Part shown: positions 42,202 through 53,240 of the stretch, piece after piece
How the letters are laid out: each line of letters starts with the position of its first letter
Numbering within the stretch: the first letter of the stretch is position 1
From: Nitrospirota bacterium
GTDB lineage: Bacteria > Nitrospirota > UBA9217
Reading direction: 5' to 3'
Assembly (NCBI GenBank): GCA_963818475.1
Contig: CAWFSF010000002.1
Location: 576,001-640,000 of the forward strand
Length of the DNA stretch: 64,000 nucleotides
The notes under the pieces: model-generated
What the model was told of the DNA's origin: nothing
The model's input: only the letters and a program-made list of their open reading frames with translations
Databases searched by the model: none
Made by a program: the position numbers and the translations under genes

Positions 42202-42266
42202 ATACCCCTCCTTGAAGTCCTTCAATTTGCCCGCGCCGTTAACGGAGCGATCCCAGAAAGTGTTCT

Positions 42267-44515
42267 TTATCCCAGCCCCAGCAATCTACCACCTTGATAA
42301 ATGGCGAACGCAACGACCCATGCCAGCACCATCTGATAGGCAAAGGCGATGCCGAACCACTTCCACGTCCCGAACTCCTGCTTCATAGCGATGGCCACGA
42401 CCACGCACGGCATATACAGCAGGACGAAGGTGATAAACGCATAGGCGCTGAGCGGGGTAAATTGCCCCTTGATCACCTCCCGCAACGGCGAGCGTTCCTC
42501 CTGTTCCTCCGATGATTCCTGCGCAGTAATGCTTGAGATGCCGATTCCGGAAACAACGTTGACGGCTGAATCACGAAGAGCATCGACAAAGCTTGTTCCA
42601 ACCTCTTTCACCTCCTCGGCAAAGGTCGGGGTTTCTTTCTTTTCCTCCTCCGTCTTGGGCACGTAGATCTCGCCCATGGTGCCTACCACGATCTCTTTTG
42701 CAATGAGTCCCGAAACCAATGATGATGCTGCCTCCCAGGTGCCGAACCCGAGCGGCGCCAAAGCAGGCGCGATCACCTGGCCCGCCCTGCCGAGGTAGGA
42801 GTCTTTCCTGTGCTCCACTCCCCACGGCAGGTTCAGGAGGAACCATACGAGGATAGAAACGGCAAGAATATAGGTTCCGGCCTTGATCAGGAAGTGCTTG
42901 CCTTTCTCCCAGGTATGGATCATCAGGCTCCGAAAGGACGGCATGCGGTAGGGCGGCAGTTCCATGATGAACATGGGGGCCTCACCTTTGAACAGCGTCC
43001 ACTTGAAAATTATGCCCATCAGCACGGCAAGCGCGATCCCCATGACATAGAGCGACCAGAGAACCGTTCCGGCATAGGCGCTGAAAAAGACACCGATGAA
43101 CACGACATACACGGGGAGACGGGCGCCGCAGGACATGAGCGGTATGAGAAGCGCCGTCAGCGCCTTGTCACGCTGATTTTCCAGCGTCCGCGTAGCATAA
43201 ACAGCGGGAACATTGCAGCCGAAACCCAAGAGCATCGGGATAAATGATTTTCCATGGAGGCCCATGGCGTGCATCGCCCGGTCCATCACGAATGCTGCCC
43301 GCGCCATGTATCCGCTGCCCTCCAGAAAGGTGATAAAGAACATCATGGCAAATATGACGGGCACGAAGACCAGCACGAAACCGACGCCGGCGATGATACC
43401 GTCGGTTGCAAGGGAGATCATCCAATCCGAGGCGCCCGACGAGGCCGAGAAGCGCTTCCGCCCACCGCTTGAAGGGTCCTGCGGTCATGGCGTCTATCCA
43501 GTCGACAAATGGCGTTGATACGTCGAAGGTGAGCTTGAACATGAGCCACATGGCTCCCAGAAAAATAGGAATGCCGAGGAAACGGTTCAGCACGAACCGA
43601 TCGATCTTTTCGGTCAACTCTTTCTTTTTTATTTCCGGTTTGCGAAGCACCTCACGGATCAATCCGGCCGCCTGCGCATACCGTGCATCAGCCATCAACG
43701 TCTCTATGTCTGACTCATGGGCTTCCTCCAAATGCGCAGTTGCCTGCTTCACCACTGAATCGATGCCGGCCAGGTTGATCTCATTCAAAACCCGCTCATC
43801 GCTCTCCATGATCTTGAGTGCCAGCCAGCGTTTTGGATATCGCTCAACCAGTCCCTGATGAATGCCGATGACCGCTTTTTCCACAGCCGATGCCGCCGCC
43901 TCAACGTCTTCTCCGTAATGCAGGTCCTTGGGACGGCGCGCAGTATCAGCGGCTGTTTCCAGCGCAGCTTCCAAAAGATTCAGAAGGCCGGTCTTCTTCG
44001 TGGCCACGGTCGGGATAATGGTTGCCCCGAGCATCTGCTCCATCGCTTTTACATCGATCTTGTAGCCTTTCTGCTCTGCCTCGTCGTAGATGTTCAGCGC
44101 GATGATCATGGGGATTCCCAATTCCATGAGCTGGACCGTGAGGTACAGGTTTCGCTCGAGATTCGTCGCGTCCACGACGTTGACGATCACGTCGGGGCGC
44201 TCGTGCACCAGGTAGTCCCGGGCGATGATCTCTTCCTGGGTGTAAGGGCTCAGGCTGTAGGTTCCGGGCAGGTCCACCAGTTTTACCAGCTGGTCGCCGT
44301 ATTCAAACTGCGCTTCTTTCTTTTCCACGGTAACGCCCGGCCAGTTGCCCACATGGAGCCGTGTTCCCGCAATGGCATTAATGAGCGTGGATTTCCCGGA
44401 GTTTGGATTTCCCGCCACCGCGATGGTGACGGACTTTTTCGCGACTGCCAGGCTGCAAATCCGCGGATTGCCTCTGCTTTTAATTCCGCTGTTCACTGTC
44501 GCATTGCGCACTCAT
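42267..44515 (-). CDS. feoB: Ferrous iron transporter B (frameshift near 43430)
   Basis: GNPNSGKST, GNWPGVTVE, DLPGTYSL, GFGCNVP, CGARLPV. Confidence 0.93.
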
Positions 44516-45011
44516 TCGCACCTCCACCGCAATGCCTTCAGCTTCTTTTTTTCTGAGAGAAAGCTTGTAATTCTTGATCGTCACCTCGATGGGGTCTCCC
44601 AGGGGCGCGATCTTTTCAACCTTCACTTCTTCGCCGACAAGCACGCCCATGTCCATGAGCCGTCGTTTGAGCGGTCCGAGAGCGCCCATTTTCGTGATTC
44701 TTCCCTTTTCTCCCGGCTTCAGCATTGCCAGATTCATTTCTCCGATCCTCCGTACCAGTATTTTCATCGCTATGCCGCGTCCCAGGGCGATCCGCGATTC
44801 GTCCACCTTGAGCAGGAGCGGTCCGCGGCCCCCGTTGCTCAGGACCTCCACGATCTTGCCGACGCGGACGCCCATGTCCTCGATCCGGTCCTGACAGCTT
44901 CGGTGCGCTGCGCGCTCTCCTGCGGGAACGGATGCGCATTCTCTTTCCGTTCCCGTACCTCTACGACCTCGCGCGAACTCCGTCGGCTCCGAGTAATCCG
45001 AGGGGAATCAT
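44480..45011 (-). CDS. feoA: Two FeoA domains (feoA pair, frameshifted or fused)
   Basis: MGVRVG..RIALGRG and RRLMDMG..APLGDP..LSLR. Confidence 0.85.
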
Positions 45012-45022
45012 TTGTATGCCTC

Positions 45023-45817
45023 CTATAATCTCCACGTGATCCCCGCAAGGAACGTGGTGTCTGTTTCCGGTTTATTCAAAGCTTCTTTTATGCCAAGATC
45101 GAGGTCCAGATTGTCGGTAACCGAGTAGACGAACCCGCCCAGGATGAAGGCCGGGTTCGTGTTCGAGGTCCTGTCCGGGTTCCGCTCCATGCCGATATTC
45201 GCGACGAGGTTCAAGTCCTTCACAACCTCCACCTGTGAGGCGAGGGAGGCGTGCCAGATGTTCTTTCTGTTTGCCTCTTCGTCCGCCTGAAGTTTGTACT
45301 CGTTGCGGGTGTATCCCGCATTGAAATGGAACGCCCAGGGACCTGTTTCCTTGGTGGTGATGAAGAACATACTGTAAGATACTTTTCCGTTGCCAAGCCC
45401 CTTCTCCTCGTCGCCGGTCGGAAGGCTGATGCCGGGCTTCACCGCAAAGCTCAAGCCGTCCTTTTCAGAGACGCGCGCTTTGAGCTCTATGGACAGGTCC
45501 GTGGCCCCCCGCACTGCCGTGGTAGTTCCCGCATCTTCGACCCTGACCGAAACAAAGGGAAGGCCGAACACGAGGTCTATGGTGTCGCTCAACCCGTATG
45601 ACAAGAAAGGAACCGTCGGCGCCTCAAAACTTTTCTCCGTAACCCCGTCTTCCTTATCGATCCCGTACTGGCCGGTGAATTCGAGCTGAGCCTTCCCCTT
45701 GCCCTGCGTTCCGGTGTCGTCAGTGATGAGCGGATGGGCGGCGAAAGCCGTTCCCGCAGCCGTGAGCGACACCATTAATCCGATTGACAAAACCGCTGCC
45801 GTAGCCATTTTAACCAT
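45023..45817 (-). CDS. Outer-membrane beta-barrel, MetA/phenol-degradation-type transporter family
   Basis: Signal peptide, AHPLITDD, LPTGD...GLG.G, terminal TWRL. Confidence 0.75.
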   Translation of the reverse strand: MVKMATAAVLSIGLMVSLTAAGTAFAAHPLITDDTGTQGKGKAQLEFTGQYGIDKEDGVTEKSFEAPTVPFLSYGLSDTIDLVFGLPFVSVRVEDAGTTTAVRGATDLSIELKARVSEKDGLSFAVKPGISLPTGDEEKGLGNGKVSYSMFFITTKETGPWAFHFNAGYTRNEYKLQADEEANRKNIWHASLASQVEVVKDLNLVANIGMERNPDRTSNTNPAFILGGFVYSVTDNLDLDLGIKEALNKPETDTTFLAGITWRL

Positions 45818-45931
45818 TAACTGCTCCTCCTCTTTCTCTTTTGTTCATGAAGTTGATACCACGTACTACCGTACAATCGCTGTGCATCTTTTTTCGCTGC
45901 TTACGAAATCCGGCCGAGAGCCCCTTGTGCA

Positions 45932-45950
45932 GATAATGATAATCATTATC
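45932..45950. promoter_or_regulatory. Fur box
   Basis: Exact consensus GATAATGATAATCATTATC upstream of the barrel-feo operon. Confidence 0.92.
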
Positions 45951-46023
45951 AACAAGAGGTCCAATAAAATGGCCGCTTCTGCCTCTTCGGCCCTCCTCCG
46001 GCGGCTTTACGACCTCGCGATCC

Positions 46024-46482
46024 CTACCTTGGTGAGCAGCTCACGGCTTCCGCCGTCTGGCACGCCGCGCACAGTCCATACATCTCCAGCTTATGGCTTT
46101 GAACTTTGAATCCCTTTTTGTTTGCCACGTCCTGCTGAAGTGCTTCGATGCGCTCATTCTCGAATTCGATGATCGAGCCACAACCGGTGCAGATCAGGTG
46201 GTCGTGATGAGCGTTCGGGTTCTTATATTCAAAGCGGGTGAAGCCATCTTCAAACCGACGCTCCTCGGCGAGGCCGGCTTCTGCCAGCAGCTTCAAGGTG
46301 CGATAGATCGTTGCATATCCGATACCGGGATGCGACTTTCTCACGCGGGCATACAGTTCTTCCGCACTCAGATGCCGCCCTGCCTCGATGAATGCGTTGA
46401 GGATTGCATCCCGCTGACTCGTGGATCTGAGCCCGTGCGTTGCAAGGTATTCAGACAATTGGAGAACGGGTGTTTTTTTCAT
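46024..46482 (-). CDS. fur: Ferric uptake regulator
   Basis: HLSAEEL, ATIYRTL, HHDHLICTGCG, C-terminal CAAC. Confidence 0.93.
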   Translation of the reverse strand: MKKTPVLQLSEYLATHGLRSTSQRDAILNAFIEAGRHLSAEELYARVRKSHPGIGYATIYRTLKLLAEAGLAEERRFEDGFTRFEYKNPNAHHDHLICTGCGSIIEFENERIEALQQDVANKKGFKVQSHKLEMYGLCAACQTAEAVSCSPR

Positions 46483-46486
46483 ACTT

Positions 46487-46544
46487 GAAATTGATAACCA
46501 TTATCAACAGGCGATATAGTACCATCCCCGATGTCTGCAGTCAA
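46487..46544 (-). promoter_or_regulatory. fur promoter with autoregulatory Fur box
   Basis: TTGACT-N17-TACTAT; GAAATTGATAACCATTATC at 46487-46505. Confidence 0.7.
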
Positions 46545-46749
46545 TATGTTTTTCATTTTTTTTATTCAAGGCTAACAGGCTGCTTAAACTCTGAAAACCG
46601 CGCCTGTTAAGTAGTTTGCGGACTTCACGTCAATGAAAGCTAAAAAATGCGAAGCGCTCCCCACGTAATTCGTGATGAGGGAGCTGACAGGCTCGGCGAG
46701 AAACTCAACGTTTCTCGCCGCCCCGGCAGATTTTTTCGCGTGAAGTCTC

Positions 46750-46935
46750 TCAGGCGCCCTTCGCGCGGGAGCTTTTGTACCGTTCGAGGCACGGCTCACA
46801 TACACCGTCATGCTCGGACCAGCCCGGGAAATCTCGCTTCATCCGACTGATTACCAGCTCGTCGGCCGTACGGTGCAGGTCGTACAGCAACTCAGGAACT
46901 TCCTTTTTGCATAACGGACACTGTTTCATCTTCAT
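46750..46935 (-). CDS. Small CxxC...CxxC protein
   Basis: CPLC ... W...DGVCEPC. Confidence 0.6.
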   Translation of the reverse strand: MKMKQCPLCKKEVPELLYDLHRTADELVISRMKRDFPGWSEHDGVCEPCLERYKSSRAKGA

Positions 46936-47006
46936 AGCAAATCACCCTTTCGTTCATTCAATTGAATAAGACCCCTGCTTTCTCCGCAAAGAAACGGATC
47001 GTCGGA

Positions 47007-47198
47007 TTATTTGCACCTCTTGCAGCTTGAAAAGCCGACCAAGGCATAGGGCGGACACCAACCGATCAGGCCGGTCGCAAGAGGGACAATTCCAAGATAG
47101 GCCCAGGGCGATTGGGGTCCCGTAAAGGCAAGTGAGATAATCGCTATGCCTCCCATGATCCTGATTATTCTTTCAACTCCACCAATGTTTTTTTTCAT
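47007..47198 (-). CDS. DUF2892 membrane protein
   Basis: NIG..ERI.R and TG..GWCP.Y. Confidence 0.9.
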   Translation of the reverse strand: MKKNIGGVERIIRIMGGIAIISLAFTGPQSPWAYLGIVPLATGLIGWCPPYALVGFSSCKRCK

Positions 47199-47283
47199 AC
47201 TGCCTCCTTAATATAGTGCGGCGCCGGCATAACTGCCGTACCGCTTTGTTGTCCGAAAGATATCAAAAAGGAGGACGGAGGTC

Positions 47284-47298
47284 TGTGACTTAGTCACC
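47284..47298. promoter_or_regulatory. Crp/Fnr-family operator-like palindrome
   Basis: TGTGAC-TTA-GTCACC between the Crp/Fnr gene and the DUF2892 gene. Confidence 0.5.
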
Positions 47299-47441
47299 AG
47301 ACGGACGGAGGATGTGGTCAGGGAGGAAAAATCTGATATACACGGGTTGGACTTTAAACGATCTGTCACGTCACAAACTGCACAAAAGACCAGTTTGAAC
47401 GGTGCGATTCGTGTGCATCTATGCGGCAAAAACAGCGTATG

Positions 47442-48074
47442 TTACGGCCTCAACAGGGTGATCGAATTCCGGGAGAGCTTGACCAGCTTTCGGCGTTCAA
47501 AATCCTTGAGTAAACGGCTTACCACTTCACGCGAGGTGCCCAGGTCGTTGGCGATCTGCTGATGCGTACTCGCAAGCAGGTTGTTCCCGCTTTTTTCGAC
47601 AAGATAATCCATAAGCCGCTCGTCCATCCTGCCGAAGGCAATTTCTTCCACCAGTTCCATGACCATCGCCATTCGCTGGGTCATGATGGAAAAGACAAAA
47701 TTTTTCATCTGCTCTGATTCAGTTACCATACGCCTGAAATGCCGTGACGGACAAAGCATGAGATCGACCGCGCTAAGGGTCACCGCATGCGCAGGATAGG
47801 GTTTTCCCGAGAGGATGCACGAAGCATTCAGAATGCAGGTCTCGCCAGGCCCAATCTCGTAAAGCGTGATCTCCCTGCCCGTTTCACTGATCTTAAAAAC
47901 GCGGATATCTCCGGAAAGAACGAAGGCTATCGCGGAGCAGGCATCGCCCTCGCTGTAAAGCCGGCTCCCGGCCGACGCCTTTTGGCGGCTGCAGGCTGAT
48001 AAAAAATCCTGCAGTTGCCCGTCGCTCATTCCCTTGAATGCGGGAAACGTTTTGAGGAAATCATTTTGTTGCAT
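47442..48074 (-). CDS. Crp/Fnr family regulator
   Basis: cNMP domain and THQQIANDLGTSREVVSRLL HTH. Confidence 0.92.
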   Translation of the reverse strand: MQQNDFLKTFPAFKGMSDGQLQDFLSACSRQKASAGSRLYSEGDACSAIAFVLSGDIRVFKISETGREITLYEIGPGETCILNASCILSGKPYPAHAVTLSAVDLMLCPSRHFRRMVTESEQMKNFVFSIMTQRMAMVMELVEEIAFGRMDERLMDYLVEKSGNNLLASTHQQIANDLGTSREVVSRLLKDFERRKLVKLSRNSITLLRP

Positions 48075-48299
48075 AGCTGGACAATATAGTAAGTGGAAGC
48101 ACGCAATTTGTCAATTCGAGAAATAGGAAAGAAAAGGCACAAGACGCTTTCTACAGGGAAAGAGACGCCGACCCTGGTCCGGGATCACTCGTCTAGGACG
48201 GGAAGGATGCCGAGGCTGCTCAGGAAGGAGAATCGGGCAATCTTGAAAATATAGTTTCTTATATTTCATGATCCGTCAACCGTAACCTGATAAATCGAA

Positions 48300-48328
48300 A
48301 AGCCTGCCGATGTAAATCCGGCAGGCTT
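48300..48328 (-). terminator. Intrinsic terminator
   Basis: AAGCCTGCCG/CGGCAGGCTT stem followed by Ts. Confidence 0.6.
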
Positions 48329-48363
48329 GATTATTTCACGTGATTGCTGTTCCCCAGCCTGTG

Positions 48364-48951
48364 CTAGTGCGGCGGAGGCGGGGCAACAACGGAAGCAGGA
48401 ACCGCATTCCTGACCGGTTTGAGGCTCATGAGATACGCAAAGATCGCCTGGAGATCTGCATCGGTAAGCTTTGCATATTCCTGCCATGGCATAGGCGGCA
48501 ATATGTCCCTTTCACCACCCATGAACTTTCCTGTGCGAAGTATCCTGATGAACAGCTTCTCGTTCAAATTTCCGAAACCGGTTTCCCTGTCAGGAGTAAG
48601 GTTTGCGGCATAGCTGGTGCCCCATAAACCGACCCAGGCCGTCAAATTGTGGTTGAACAGGCCGCCCCATTTATCCATACCGATAACGCCCATCGGAATT
48701 GCGGCTATCCTCTCATCTGCCGGGTGCCCCGACAGCAGCCGGGCTTCATCCACTGCCGGGCCCTGCGCGGTCATCTTCTTGGGAGAGTGGCAGTCGTTGC
48801 ATCCACCCAGGGTGACAAGATATCTTCCGCGTTCGATCTCTGTTTTTTTCTGGCCGGTCATCTGTGGTTCTCCGGCGAAGGCAGGTTCATACACCAGAGT
48901 AAGACTGATGAATCCAACAAGCACCAATCCAGCAGCAGTAATTACCTTCAT
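48364..48951 (-). CDS. c-type cytochrome (c-553-like)
   Basis: RGRYLV..GCNDCHSP, ANLTPD, PPMPW. Confidence 0.88.
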   Translation of the reverse strand: MKVITAAGLVLVGFISLTLVYEPAFAGEPQMTGQKKTEIERGRYLVTLGGCNDCHSPKKMTAQGPAVDEARLLSGHPADERIAAIPMGVIGMDKWGGLFNHNLTAWVGLWGTSYAANLTPDRETGFGNLNEKLFIRILRTGKFMGGERDILPPMPWQEYAKLTDADLQAIFAYLMSLKPVRNAVPASVVAPPPPH

Positions 48952-48980
48952 GATGTCTTCCTCCTTCGTAAGGGGCGTTG

Positions 48981-49169
48981 ATCCTAAAAATGGCATTTGG
49001 ACACGGAAGAATCGGAAACATCTGATTACCAGAAGTAGGCGCTTCTAAGCGACGCGGATAAATTCTGAAGCAAAGCATTCACCTATTAGGTGAACCTCTT
49101 ATAAAAGAAATAATCCGCCGTTATCCGGCTCTTATCCGTGTTTATCCGTGTCCAAATGTTTTTTAGGTT
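48981..49169. repeat. MITE/REP-like inverted-repeat element, copy 1
   Basis: Terminal CATTTGGACACGGA/TCCGTGTCCAAATG and internal TCACCTATTAGGTGA. Confidence 0.75.
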
Positions 49170-49336
49170 TATGCGCTGACAGCCTTCTCTTTTGATGAAA
49201 CGATAGCAAAAGGGTAAAGAGCAGTCAATGAGCCCAAAGGATGAATAATCAGGATGGTCTTTTTATAAGATAACGTTGTTGCTGGGAGGACCGGCCATCT
49301 GCTTGCCGGGAGATACACGTCGATCCTGCTCCGGGA

Positions 49337-50098
49337 TCACTCGTCAATGGCGGGAAGGATGCCGAAGGCAACCTCGTCGTTGATGAACCTGCGGATGATC
49401 TCTTTGGCGCCGGGAGTGGTCCTGACGAACTGCACCCCGACGCCCCACATGCCGGAAGCTTCGTCGTCCGGAGACTGGCAGTAGACGACCCGGGCTTCGG
49501 CGCGGACCGCCTCTTCCTGAAAGCTGACCTGCAGCACGACCTCGGAACCCTCGGGATAGGGCCGGAGCGTGCGCAGGTACATGCCGTTCGCCGAGAGGTT
49601 GGTGGCGCATTCGCCGTCCACACAGTCGAGGGGCCGGTCGTTCACGAGCACGGACAGCCGGGTGGGGATGCGGACGTCCCTGCGGCGCGATCCGGGCTCC
49701 AGCACGGGCTGAAGGACCTCATAGAGCTCATTGGCCTGGACGGGCTTGCTGATGCAGGACAGGGCTCCTGCCCGGCGACATTGCTGTTCGACCTCGGGCG
49801 CCAGGTCATGGGTCATGACGATGATGGGCACGGCAGCGGTCTGGTCGAGCTGCCTGATATGCTGCAGCAGGTCCAGGCCGCTCAGCCCCTTGAGGTGCAG
49901 TTCGGTCACGATCAGAGAGGGGGGCGAGGCTGACGCGATCTCGAGGGCGTTTCCGACGCCGAGGGCGGAGCAGGCATGGTATCCGAGGCGCTGGAGGATC
50001 ATGGACATGAGCACAAGGTTCCGGGCATCGCAGTCAACAACAAGGACGAACCTGTTCATGCGCTCCATGCTTCCAGGTGTGCTCCGGGCTTCCTCCAT
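49337..50098 (-). CDS. Atypical receiver + PilZ domain protein
   Basis: REC fold with an apparently non-canonical phosphoacceptor (IVTELHL); RRDVR and NLSANG PilZ motifs. Confidence 0.85.
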   Translation of the reverse strand: MEEARSTPGSMERMNRFVLVVDCDARNLVLMSMILQRLGYHACSALGVGNALEIASASPPSLIVTELHLKGLSGLDLLQHIRQLDQTAAVPIIVMTHDLAPEVEQQCRRAGALSCISKPVQANELYEVLQPVLEPGSRRRDVRIPTRLSVLVNDRPLDCVDGECATNLSANGMYLRTLRPYPEGSEVVLQVSFQEEAVRAEARVVYCQSPDDEASGMWGVGVQFVRTTPGAKEIIRRFINDEVAFGILPAIDE

Positions 50099-50323
50099 GG
50101 CCTGCCTCCTTGGATGGTACGGTGCTGCGTGACGTTCGTCGCCGGCCAATGCATCGGCATAGCGTGATTGTATAAGAAAGAGGCTGTCTGCGCAAGAGCT
50201 CTTTCCTGGGCAGGAGCCGTCTCAGTGGGTATTCTCGAGCTTCTGGACCGCGGTGCAGGCAACGCCATGCCCCGGACTGCAGGCTTTCTCGGAATTAGAG
50301 CATCAAGGGATTATAGGGTGTGA

Positions 50324-50359
50324 TATTGGGGTCACCCGTTTACAGGGGTGACCCCAATA
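50324..50359. terminator. Stem-loop downstream of the MCP gene
   Basis: TATTGGGGTCACCC/GGGTGACCCCAATA. Confidence 0.55.
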
Positions 50360-50484
50360 GAGATCTCGGATGAAGAACATCGGAAAACCATGTGCGGGAA
50401 AACCGCATTCACGGTTTGAAAGAGGGCTGGTCAATGAGACCGGCTCTCTACATTTAATGGCCATTCTTTTTTGGACAATTGTTG

Positions 50485-52137
50485 CTAATATTTTATAAAC
50501 GCCGCTTCACGATGGCCACCGTTCCCTTTTTCAACCCCTTTGCGCGTTGTCGCTGCCCCGGCCGCTATCTGTCCCTGCTGAGCGACAAACTGCCCGCTCT
50601 GTGCCTGCCGCCCTCCAGCCAGTTTTTTCATCGAAGGCGCTCGCAACGCAGTGTCCTCGCCATCTTCCACCTTAAAGAATGCGATCGTGCCCCGGAGCTG
50701 CTCGGCCTGGGATGAAAGCTCCTCCGCTGTGGCCGATATCTCCTCTGTTGCTCCCGCGTTCTGTTGGATGACATGGTTCAGCTGCTGAATCGCGGAGTTG
50801 ATCTGAGCGGATCCCGATGTCTGCTCCTTTGATGCCGCGCTGATCTCCTGTACCAGTTCAGCCGTCTTCTGGATGTCCGGGACGAGCTTTGCCAGCATTT
50901 GCCCGGCTTTCTCTGCAACCTCCACGCTCGTTATCGAGAGCTGGCTGATTTCGCCGGCCGCCGCCTGGCTTCTCTCCGCAAGCTTCCTGACTTCCGCTGC
51001 CACCACCGCAAAGCCCTTGCCGTGCTCGCCGGCCCTGGCCGCTTCTATTGCCGCGTTCAATGCCAAAAGGTTCGTTTGACGGGCGATCTCTTCGATAATA
51101 GAAACCTTTGCCGCGATCTCCTTCATGGCGCCAACCGTCTCGGACACTGCGTTTCCGCTCTCTGTCGCATCCTCTGCGGATTTAAGGGCGATTTTTTCAG
51201 TCTGGTGAGCGTTGTCCGCGTTCTGCCTGATGGTTGCGTTCATCTCCTCTATCGTGGAGGATGCTTCCTCGGCCGATGCCGCCTGCTGCGTCGTGCCCCG
51301 CGACAACTGGTCCGCGCCGGACGAAAGCTGCATACTGCCTGAGTTAACATTTTCCGCTGCCAGCTTGACGCCGGTGACGGTTTCGCGGATGTTTTCGATC
51401 ATTCCATTCAGTTTGACTGCGATGTCTCCGAGCTCATCGTCGGTTTTTATAAGAATGTTGTTCCTGAGATCGCCGTCCGATATCGTGGCGACCCAGTTCG
51501 ATATGGAGGTGAGACTCTTTTTGAGCGGTCTCGCCAGGAAAAAGGTCGATCCGGCAAAAAGCAATCCGACAACCCCGGCAAAGACGGCGATAAAGATAAG
51601 CTCCATGGTACGCTGTGCTTTTTCCATATCGCCCAATGCCTTCTCCGAAATGTTCTTCGCTTTATCGCTTAACTGCATGAGGATATCGTGTGTCTGTTTC
51701 AATGCAGGGACTGTTTCGGTCTCGTACGTGTCCATGGCGATGTCCGCCCTTCCTTCTTTGAGGGCAGTTATTATCTTGGAAGCTGTTGCATGAAGGTCTG
51801 AATGCGGCTTTTCGAGGCTCCGGTAAATGACCTCCAGCTCCTTGTCGGGCGTATAGCTGTAGTACCACTGGCCAAGAGCGCATTTTGTGTGATCGAGCTG
51901 CCCGGAAAAATCTTTTCCGAAAAGAATCGAATCTACGGCAAGCGCGTCTGCCCATTTGAAATGATCAAGTATGCGCACGTTGATAATGGACTGGAGCTGG
52001 GTTTGAGCGCTTACATGCTTAAGCCCGCTCCTGGTTTCACTGATTTTAATCTCGACGAAGCTAGCCAGTCCTATCAGCACAACGGTCAATATGACAATGG
52101 CTATGTAGGTCTTGTTGACGATGGTCACCCTCATCAC
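50485..52137 (-). CDS. Methyl-accepting chemotaxis protein with CZB domain
   Basis: [20 protein letters not shown]; HAMP; [17 protein letters not shown]. Confidence 0.93.
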   Translation of the reverse strand: MMRVTIVNKTYIAIVILTVVLIGLASFVEIKISETRSGLKHVSAQTQLQSIINVRILDHFKWADALAVDSILFGKDFSGQLDHTKCALGQWYYSYTPDKELEVIYRSLEKPHSDLHATASKIITALKEGRADIAMDTYETETVPALKQTHDILMQLSDKAKNISEKALGDMEKAQRTMELIFIAVFAGVVGLLFAGSTFFLARPLKKSLTSISNWVATISDGDLRNNILIKTDDELGDIAVKLNGMIENIRETVTGVKLAAENVNSGSMQLSSGADQLSRGTTQQAASAEEASSTIEEMNATIRQNADNAHQTEKIALKSAEDATESGNAVSETVGAMKEIAAKVSIIEEIARQTNLLALNAAIEAARAGEHGKGFAVVAAEVRKLAERSQAAAGEISQLSITSVEVAEKAGQMLAKLVPDIQKTAELVQEISAASKEQTSGSAQINSAIQQLNHVIQQNAGATEEISATAEELSSQAEQLRGTIAFFKVEDGEDTALRAPSMKKLAGGRQAQSGQFVAQQGQIAAGAATTRKGVEKGNGGHREAAFIKY

Positions 52138-52261
52138 CGGATCCTCCTCCTCGTATCGTACGTATGCTGCGCTTAATGCTTTTTTTGTGGACCAAAGCTA
52201 AAAATGCCGGCAGCTGGCAATTTTAAGCTTCATGGGTTTAAATATATTCCATGCATTCGCC

Positions 52262-53113
52262 TTATTCCTGGATCTGCTTCCGATAGAGCTTCCAGAGATT
52301 GGCGCCTTCCCGGAGATTTACCGTCCCTTGCTGACTGATAATTTCCTGGCCTTCTTTGCTTTTTGCGAACTCAATGAATTTAGCGCTTGCTTGATCCGGT
52401 GCTACGGTTGTCACGAGATAAAGCGGACGATACAGAAGATATTTCCCGGATGCGATGTTTTCTTTCGAAGTATCAATTCCATTAAGACGAAGTATTTTCA
52501 CATCTCTTTTTCTCGCACTTGATATCCCGGTTATGCCCACTGCCCACTTGTCTTTTTCGATAGCCTTCTCCATTGGGCCGCTGTCCTCGAACAACGCTGC
52601 AGTAACGAAGGTCTTATTGGGATCATGGAACAGGATTTCGCGCACCATTAAGCCCACTCCCGAATCTTTTTCATCGCGATCGAAGTATTTGATCGGCATT
52701 TTCGACGGCCCTCCCAGGGCTCCCCAGTCCTTTACCCGGCCCTCCAGCACGGCTTTCAGCTGTTGCACGGTAATAGAATCCACAGGATTTGATTTGTTGA
52801 CGATCACCACCAGCGCGTCCCATGCAACGTGATGCAGGGTCACCCCTTTTTCTTCAGGCTGATCCACTGCATGACGGCACGTTCCCCCCAGATTTTTCTT
52901 ATGGGAAGCAATGTCCCTGATGCCGAGTGTTGCGCCACCGCCCTGTATGTCCACCTCTATTCCGTGCAGCTCCTTGAATTTAACTGCCAGTTGTTCCATG
53001 AAGGCAAGTTTCACGATGCCGCATCCCGTATAACTTATTTTTTGAGCAGGTGCCGCCCCGAGCAGGAACCCGGTAATAAGGACCACACAGCCTATCAACC
53101 ACATCTTTTTCAT
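52262..53113 (-). CDS. PstS-family periplasmic binding protein
   Basis: QGGG..GI, DALVVIV...NP, Y.L.RPL. Confidence 0.85.
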   Translation of the reverse strand: MKKMWLIGCVVLITGFLLGAAPAQKISYTGCGIVKLAFMEQLAVKFKELHGIEVDIQGGGATLGIRDIASHKKNLGGTCRHAVDQPEEKGVTLHHVAWDALVVIVNKSNPVDSITVQQLKAVLEGRVKDWGALGGPSKMPIKYFDRDEKDSGVGLMVREILFHDPNKTFVTAALFEDSGPMEKAIEKDKWAVGITGISSARKRDVKILRLNGIDTSKENIASGKYLLYRPLYLVTTVAPDQASAKFIEFAKSKEGQEIISQQGTVNLREGANLWKLYRKQIQE

Positions 53114-53240
53114 GATCTTTCTCCTTTTATCAGGTTTTTTAATTTTTCAGCTTTGTTTCCCGCTGCTGTTTTAATCATTTTTTTGATCGCGCAACTGTCG
53201 TTGGCCGGAACAGAATTCCGGCCAACGACAGTTCGTTTGA

